Assembly: GCA_951406725.2 (NCBI GenBank)
Contig: OX597822.1
Coordinates: forward strand, 68,076,001 to 68,140,000
From: Octopus vulgaris
Taxonomy: Eukaryota
Reading direction: 5' to 3'
Length of the DNA: 64,000 bases
The position numbers and the translations under genes were made by a program. The notes under the pieces were generated by a model. The model worked only from the letters and a program-made list of their open reading frames with translations. It had not been told where the DNA came from and ran no database searches. Of this stretch, positions 56,539-64,000 are shown one piece after another (the stretch's first letter is position 1; each line of letters begins with the position of its first letter).

Positions 56539-57838
56539 AAGTTTGAAAACGCCACTATATTAGATAAATTTTAATTTTACATGTTTCGGTTCTTGAAAAA
56601 ACGAACCTTATCTAAAAAAATTTATTATAAAAAGTATAATGGAACAGTTCATAATCGTTACATACATTCAATAGAATCCATGTTCTTGAAGAGACGAACC
56701 TTATCAAATATATTATAAAGAGTATAATAGAAAAAATCCATAGTCGTTCCTTACTGTTTTGTCGAGTGTAGTGGAGAAGTTCATTATAGATTTCTTGCTG
56801 GTATCAAAAGGAACCGCTTTTGTGTTACTTTGTGTTCCAATGGAAGTAACAGTAGTGATTCTTGGTCGTCGTCTGTTGGTCGTAATTTTGGTAACCTTGG
56901 TGGTGGTTGGGGTTATATCAGCTAAGCTGTGGCTGTGACAGCAGCAGTAGCCGTAGAAAAGGGCTGTTGATCGTAGTAGCAACAGTGGTCGGTTCTCTGG
57001 CACTGTTCACTGACGTCACATAATTCCAAACCAATCAAAACCAAACTTCAACGAATATAAGGAAAAGACCCATAACTGTATCCTGTAAGGAAACCAACCA
57101 AGCAGAACGACAAGCTTGACCACGGAAGAAAAACGTCATCAATTTTTTAACGAATCAAAATCAGATCTGCTCGCAGAGAAAAAATCTTTTTATAAATTCA
57201 TCTTTCCCTAAGACATACCACTGCCAGAGGGAGTGACTGTTTAAGGATCTGAGAAATTGTAATTCCCCCACCTCCACTATTTTAATTCTCTCACTGTGGC
57301 CGTAGCAGCAGTAGTAGCAGTAGGGGGCTGTTGATCGTAGCAGCAATAGTAGTGACCACGGTGGTTGTAGTAGTAGTGCTAGTGGGAGCAGTCGTAGTGG
57401 TTGTGGTAGAATTTCATTTTTCTTTTTCGAAAGACCAATGTTTTGTTTTAATATTCCTGGTCCAGGGTGTTCAAACTTGGTCTAATTTTTTGATGAAATA
57501 AAGTTCTTTATTTTGGCGTTGAGTGAAGGTTACGCTGCCACTGAATTTGTAAAGTGGGTAAGTTGTAAATTTCGGATTTTCATTTGCAGCACATCTATCT
57601 ATGTGTCCGCTGACCGGTATTTTCCGGTATTCAGGGTTTCTAATTTGTGATTTATGCACCGCCATCCTTTTACGTAAGCTATTTTTTGTATGGCCTATAT
57701 ACTGCCTATTGCAGCCTGCGCATGTTAAGACGTAAATTAAGTTTTCTGATGCACAGGTGAAGTTTGTTCTAATGGTGAACTGATGGCCTTGTTCTAGTAT
57801 AAATTCTGAACCTTCTACCAAGATGACACAGATTCCGA
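56536..57838 (-). mobile_element. 5'-truncated Penelope-like retroelement between (TA)n arrays
   Basis: GIY-YIG ORF followed by ~900 bp of 3' sequence with internal duplications (56930-56990 / 57294-57355) and two tandem hammerhead-like motifs at the 3' end. Confidence 0.75.
57471..57830 (-). CDS. Penelope-type GIY-YIG endonuclease domain (partial)
   Basis: FTCASENLIYVLTCAGCNRQYIGHTKNSLRKRMAVHKSQI...VSGHIDRC...RQNKELYFIKKL. Shows LIY-CxxC-YIG, a conserved R and H, and the terminal E. Confidence 0.9.
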   Translation of the reverse strand, partial: CVILVEGSEFILEQGHQFTIRTNFTCASENLIYVLTCAGCNRQYIGHTKNSLRKRMAVHKSQIRNPEYRKIPVSGHIDRCAANENPKFTTYPLYKFSGSVTFTQRQNKELYFIKKLDQV

Positions 57839-57917
57839 TATATATATATACATTATTTACATTATATATAAAGATATATATATATATATATATATACATT
57901 ATTTACATTATATATAA

Positions 57918-57962
<45 letters not shown>

Positions 57963-57963
<1 letters not shown>

Positions 57964-58359
57964 TAGCAGTATCGCCCGGCGTTGCTCGGGTTTGTAAGGG
58001 AAATAACTATATAAGCATTTTTAGAGAGTTATAGCCAAAAAATAGGGAAAAAATGCATTAAAAATGGAAAAAGAATTAAGGTAAATTTCTTTTTAAATCG
58101 TTGACAAATCGTAGATATTTTTAGAGAGTTACTTCCCTTATATAATAGCGAAAAAAATGCATTAAAATGGAAAAATATGATGGTAATTTTTTTTAAATCG
58201 TAGACTCATCGTAGATGCGCGCTAATACCCAAAAGGGCTCGATATGAATCACGACTATAAGATACCCGGTTTTGGTTACACTGCACCGCAAAATGTGGGA
58301 GTAGTTAGGAATCTAAATCGTAGGAGACAGACACACAACTTCACTCTTATATATAAAGA
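57963..58359 (-). mobile_element. Non-autonomous Helitron, 397 bp, complete termini
   Basis: Minus strand A|TCTTTATATATAAGAG ... CCCGAGCAACGCCGGG (hairpin) CGATACTGCTAG|T. Internal ~90-100 bp duplication. No TSD. Confidence 0.85.
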
Positions 58360-58471
58360 TATAAGTCACGTAGTTATATACACATACTTTGTTATATACA
58401 CATTCTTAAAAGAAAATGTTATTTTGAATACAACATTTATAAAGAATAAAATATTTTTTGGTTTTTCTTAA

Positions 58472-59050
58472 CCCTTTCGTTACTATATTTCTGACCAAAA
58501 TACACCCCTTATGTGTTTCAATTAATTTCTAACGTAATCATAAATTTAGTCTGGTTTCATTATACAACAATAACTTTTTTATTTATCAATATATTAACGT
58601 GAATTTTGGAAGATAATTTAATGAAATGTCCTTAACCAATTCTATACTATGATTTTTGTCACAAAGTGACTCTAATTGCAGGTAGATATAGGTAAATTCA
58701 ACAATATATAAAATTATTAAAATTTTGTTCAAACATCGCTATAGAAAATGGGTTATTAGCTAATATTCAATTGGGTATACAACAAAATTTTACGATAGAA
58801 TTTGTTATTCTGGGTAACTTTCTGATACCCATAATAATATTTATGGCAAAATAGGCCTTAATTTCATTTAAGGTTGTGGGAAATAACAAACTATCCTTTC
58901 TTTCGTTTTGTTTATGTTTAGCGTAACGTTTCGTTTCTGCCGTAATGATTTCAAATGGGCTCATTCGAAAAAGTTAAAAAAAATAGTCTAAGGCTTTACT
59001 CTTCTGGGAAAGTCTGTGGCTTGGTGCAGTTTCTTCAGAAAAATCACCGA
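58472..59050 (-). mobile_element. piggyBac remnant: one terminus plus transposase fragment
   Basis: TTAA|CCCTTTCG at 58468-58479. Minus strand IITAETKRYAK...PTTLNEIKAYFAINIIMGIRKLP resembles the piggyBac transposase N-terminal region. Confidence 0.75.
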
Positions 59051-59329
59051 AAGAAACAGTTTTTAAATTTTCACTCCATTCAGGTACCAATTCGTTTTCT
59101 TTATCGCTGTCGGATTCACTGTTTTCACTTTAATAGCTGCAAACTTGCAAAGACAAAGGAGGAGAAGGGTGATAGCGTCAGTGAAACAATTCGCTCCCTT
59201 TGTGTGTGTGTGTGTGCGTTTGCGTGTGGTGTAAACCACATTAAGAAAAACATTTGACATACACACCAGAATGTGAGTTTTCTGTAAATTTTGCTTAATT
59301 GGAGTTTAAATTTTCAAAACTGGACCTGG

Positions 59330-59452
59330 CATGACCCGATGCATTCTACTCTTAAAAAATGCTAGGTAAATTGTAATTGAAGAAATCCTATATTGTAGAT
59401 TTCTATAAGTTACAAAGGGAGGCAGATAAAATCTGCCTTTTATAATAAGAGA
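59330..59452 (-). mobile_element. Possible Helitron 5' end
   Basis: Minus strand A|TCTCTTATTATAAAA followed by hairpin GGCAGATTTTATCTGCC. No matching 3' CTAG end found. Confidence 0.35.
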
Positions 59453-59651
59453 TATACATCGCCCATCTCAGCCGTGTGGTTGTCAGAATAGTACCGGAGC
59501 AAATATAATGACTACAGAACTCATAATTAAATATACGTACTGACCTCTGGGGTAATCATTTTAATAATTATATAATTACATCGTCAATTTATACGCGTAT
59601 AAAGATTGAAGATTGTTTTTATTGTAGTTTGTTGTTTAACCCTCAGCAGAC

Positions 59652-59786
<135 letters not shown>

Positions 59787-59929
59787 AAAAAACACAAACT
59801 GGGACAAGAACGCAAAACATTTAGAAGACGATACAAGAAACACGGACGGGGCATTTGAAGCCTTCAATCTTCAGTCAAGAACCGGATCATCCTCGCAATT
59901 TCGGCTGATTAATCTTTATATATGTACAT

Positions 59930-60518
59930 GTATTTGTTTCAGTCACTCGACTGCAGCCATGCTGCAGCACTACCCTGAAGGGCTTTAGTCTAACAAATCG
60001 ATCCCTAGGGTCGATCTATGTTGTATGGGGAATCTGTACACATCCGCGATTGGCTAAGTGAACTATACTAGTCAGTATAAATAGCATTTCGTAGGAATTG
60101 TTGAATAGAGATATCGTGGAGTGCTTCTTGAAGATACACAGTTGGAGAACATCGGGAACGTTTGATATTATTGCAGTTCAGATATAACAGTGACGACGAG
60201 AAGTCGTACGTCATATCAATTTGTAAATCCCTTTTACCGAACCGCTAAGTTACAGGGACGTAAGCACACTAACAAGCCGTGATGGGGAACAAACACAGAC
60301 ACACTCTAACATAGATACACACACACGAACACGCACACACACCCACACATACATAGATAGACTTCTTTTAGTTTCCGTCTACCAGAGCCACTCACACAGC
60401 CTTACTCGGTCAGAGGCTAGAGTAGAAGACAGTTGCCTAAGGTGCCATGCAATGAGCTTGAACCAAGAACCATGAAATTGGGAAGCAAGCTTCTTACCAC
60501 ACAACCACGCCTGCGCCT
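59930..60518 (-). mobile_element. SINE family B interrupted by ~220 bp of unassigned sequence
   Basis: Tail at 59930-60005; remainder at 60232-60518, ending CCACACAACCACGCCTGCGCC. Confidence 0.7.
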
Positions 60519-60543
60519 ACCACAAAGACTTGTATGTATATAT

Positions 60544-60574
<31 letters not shown>

Positions 60575-61282
60575 CAAACATATATGTGTGTGTATCTGTG
60601 AGTGTTTGCATGAACATACACGCACACATGCTTACATACATACATACATAGATACATACATACATATACATATGCATTTACACACAAACACACACACGCA
60701 CACACATATACATATATACATACACACAGAGAATTTGATGCGTATATGTATGCATTGCCATACCCTCTCTTTCGCTTTCCTTATCTCACTCACTCTACAC
60801 CACTTTGTTTTTCCTTTCTTTTTTTCTTTCTTTCTCTCACTGTATCTCAATCAGTCGTACTCTCTTTCTCGGCTCCTTTCTATTATTGTTTCGTCTTCTC
60901 TCTGCATCTCTCTCTCTCTCTCTCTCCCCTTTTTTCTCTTCTATTCACCCTCGCTCTCTCACTCACTCCCTCCCTCTCGACCATTCCTAACAACTCTCGT
61001 TCCCAAATGTTCTCCATACTTGTTGTCCCTATTTCTATCCTTAAACTTGGTCTATCTTTATATCCTTCCCTCCCTCCCTCCCTCCCTCCCTGCTTCCCAT
61101 CATCTCCCTTTGTCTCTCCTTGTCTTCCTCGCGATGAACCGACTCTAAATTGGACCTCTTGCCACGACACTCTAAAGAATTGACTCAAGACTTTGAATTT
61201 AAAAGCAGCTCGAGATTTAATTATGTTCAACCTCTGGATAAAACGTTACGCTTAAATCTAACAAGGAAACAAAGTGACAAGG

Positions 61283-61377
<95 letters not shown>

Positions 61378-61703
61378 GACACGCGCACACACACGCACAA
61401 ACATACACACGCACTCATAAAAATATATACACATGCACGTATGCGTATTTACGCATGCGTCTACGTGTCTGAATTTGGCATGTATGTATGCTTTATACAC
61501 AGTCACACAGACAGACGCGCACACACACACACACATGCATCTATGCATATTCATGCACGCGTGTACGTGTCTGTATGTATACATGTATTTTTGTTGACTT
61601 TTGTGTCTGTGTATATATACATATAGTGTGTATATATATACTTACTCTATGTATATACTATATATATATATATTGTATAGTATATACATATAGTATATGT
61701 GTG

Positions 61704-61752
<49 letters not shown>

Positions 61753-61798
61753 TATACATATAGTATATGTATATATATATATATAGTATATACATATA

Positions 61799-61838
<40 letters not shown>

Positions 61839-61848
61839 TATGTGTGTG

Positions 61849-61884
<36 letters not shown>

Positions 61885-61928
61885 TACACAACTCCTTCTC
61901 TCATGCTTATAAATATCGAGGAGGATGA

Positions 61929-61970
<42 letters not shown>

Positions 61971-62224
61971 GAGAAAGAGAGAGTCGAAGTGAGAGTGAGG
62001 TTGAGACAGAGAGAAATAGTAACCGAGAAAGAAAGAGAAAGGGAGAAATATATTGACTAAGAGAGGTACGGGCAGAGTGTCACACAGACAGATGAACAGA
62101 CAGACAGACTGATGAATAAACGGTCTGACAGACAGACAGACAGGCGCACAGACAGAAGCATAGAGGACAAAAGGCGTGTTCTGGATAGTAAACAAACGAA
62201 TGAATGGAAGTTAGAAAGGAGAAA

Positions 62225-62267
62225 GAAATTCGAAGAAAGAAGGACAAATAGGAAAGAAAGAAAGAAA

Positions 62268-62308
<41 letters not shown>

Positions 62309-62330
62309 GAATGAAGAAAGACAAATAGGA

Positions 62331-62370
<40 letters not shown>

Positions 62371-62381
62371 CAAATAGGAAA

Positions 62382-62422
<41 letters not shown>

Positions 62423-62560
62423 GAATGAAGAAAGACAAATAGGAAAGAAAGAAAGAAAGAAAGAAAGAAGGAAAGAAAGAAAGAAAGGAAGAAAGAAAGA
62501 AAGGAATGAAGAAAGAAAGAAAGGAAGGAAGGAAGGAAGGAAGAAAGAAAGAAAGAAGGA
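62225..62560. repeat. (GAAA)n array with higher-order duplication
   Basis: GACAAATAGGAAAG and GGAATGAAGAAAG markers recur. Confidence 0.9.
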
Positions 62561-62876
62561 CATTGATGAGCCTTGACAAAACATGTTGGGGTTAATGTAA
62601 AAACGAAGTAACAAAACAGAGTGAAGGAAGCTAGAGGGAGAGAGAGAGAGAGAGGGGGGAGAGAGAGAGGGAGGGAGAGAGAGAAGGGGAAAGAAAGAGC
62701 AAGGGAGTGAGAGAGGGAGACAGAGGTAGCGAGAGAGCGATGTATATATGTATGTACCTCTCTCCCCTCTCTGTTTGTCTATTTGTCTCTCTCTCTCTAT
62801 ATATATATATTGTTTAAGGCGGCGCTCCAGCATGGCTGCAGTCAAATGACTGAAACAAGTAAAAGAATATAAATAA

Positions 62877-63290
62877 GCACAGGAGTGGCTGTGTGGTAAG
62901 TAGCTTGCTAACCAACCACATGGTTCCGGGTTCAGTCCCACTGCATGGCATCTTGGGCAAGTGTCTTCTGCTATAGCCCCGGGCCGACCAATGCCTTGTG
63001 AGTGGATTTGGTAGACGGAAACTGAAAGAAGCCCGTCGTATATATGTATATACATATATATGTGTATGTGCGTGTTTGTGTGTCTGTGTTTGTCCCCCTA
63101 GCATTGCTTGACAACCGATGCTGGTGTGTTTATGTCCCCGTTACTTAGCGGTTCAGCAAAAGAGACCGATAGAATAAGTACTGGGCTTACAAAGAATAAG
63201 TCCCGGGGTCGATTTGCTCGACTAAAGGCGGTGCTCCAGCATGGCCGCAGTCAAATGACTGAAACAAGTAAAAGAGTAAAAGAGTAAAGA
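62877..63290 (+). mobile_element. SINE family B (CORE-type, OR2-like), full-length and well preserved
   Basis: A box TGGCTGTGTGG, B box GGTTCAGTCCC, CORE-like TCTTGGGCAAGT, central TA/TG repeat and (GTAAAAGA)n tail. A tail fragment of another copy precedes it at 62815-62870. Confidence 0.9.
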
Positions 63291-63317
63291 GTGTGTGTCT
63301 GTCTGTCTGTCTGTCGT

Positions 63318-63600
63318 GAAGGCACGGGAGTTAATGGTTGTTGTATTCGTCTCACGCTCCTAAGGTCGTGAGTTCGACACCCAACAGAGTGTTGTGTCCT
63401 TCAGCAAGACACCTTATTTCACGTTGCTCCAGCTAGTCCACTCAGTTGGTGAATGTGAGTAGTACCTGTAATTCAGGCTGAATATCCCCGAGAACTACGT
63501 TAAGGATTTGCGGCGTAACTGTGGAGTGCTCAGCCACTTGCTCGTTAAATTCACAACCGGGCTGTTCCGTTGATCGGATCAACTGGAACGCTCGTCGTGT
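63318..63600 (+). mobile_element. SINE family C
   Basis: GAGTTCGACACC B box, GTGTCCTTCAGCAAGACAC, and GGAGTGCTCAGCCACTTG, as at 41838-42140. Confidence 0.75.
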
Positions 63601-63628
63601 ATCTATCTATCTATCTATCTATCTATCC

Positions 63629-63690
<62 letters not shown>

Positions 63691-64000
63691 TCTGAGAGAG
63701 AGAGAGAGAGAGAGAAGTAGAAAGAGAAAGAGAGATACTCATAGACAAATAGAGAAAGATAGGCTGATAGACAGTGAAAAAAGAAGAGAGAACAGAGTAT
63801 TGTGAATGAATTAAAAATAAAAAGAAATTGAAGAGAAATTGAGCTAAAGAAAATTATATAAGCGAATGAAAATGTTTAAAAAGAAAGCGGAAAACAGACG
63901 GAAAATGAAGAAAGAGGAAGCAAAACAGACATGATACAGGAAAAAGGATATGCAAAAAAAGAATGAAATGAAGGAGAAATAGGAAAAAAAGAGTGATCCG

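Overview
This is AT-rich, microsatellite-saturated eukaryotic DNA, with no prokaryotic genes or CRISPR. The tRNA-derived SINEs and repeat landscape look like an Octopus (cephalopod) genome; that is my recognition of the families, not a database result. Almost all ORFs in the track are translations of microsatellites. The protein-coding sequence I can support is all transposon-derived: a 5'-truncated R4/Dong-like LINE with an open 433-aa ORF (6728-8029) plus three shorter 3' fragments next to (TAA)n; RTE and CR1-group RT remnants; a Penelope GIY-YIG endonuclease; and Tc1, mariner and piggyBac remnants. There are also non-autonomous Helitrons, a MITE, and a 3.65-kb hAT-like element with an exact 8-bp TSD. 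One short candidate host exon lies at 25871-25913 (-). The most unusual signal is a set of short, often palindromic, Penelope-type non-coding elements carrying minimal type I hammerhead ribozyme motifs. Different families use C3:G8, G3:C8 and apparently U3:A8 at the tertiary core pair. One family joins a pol III tRNA-like head to a hammerhead-containing Penelope-type tail. Repeat boundaries were read by eye and are approximate unless termini are quoted.
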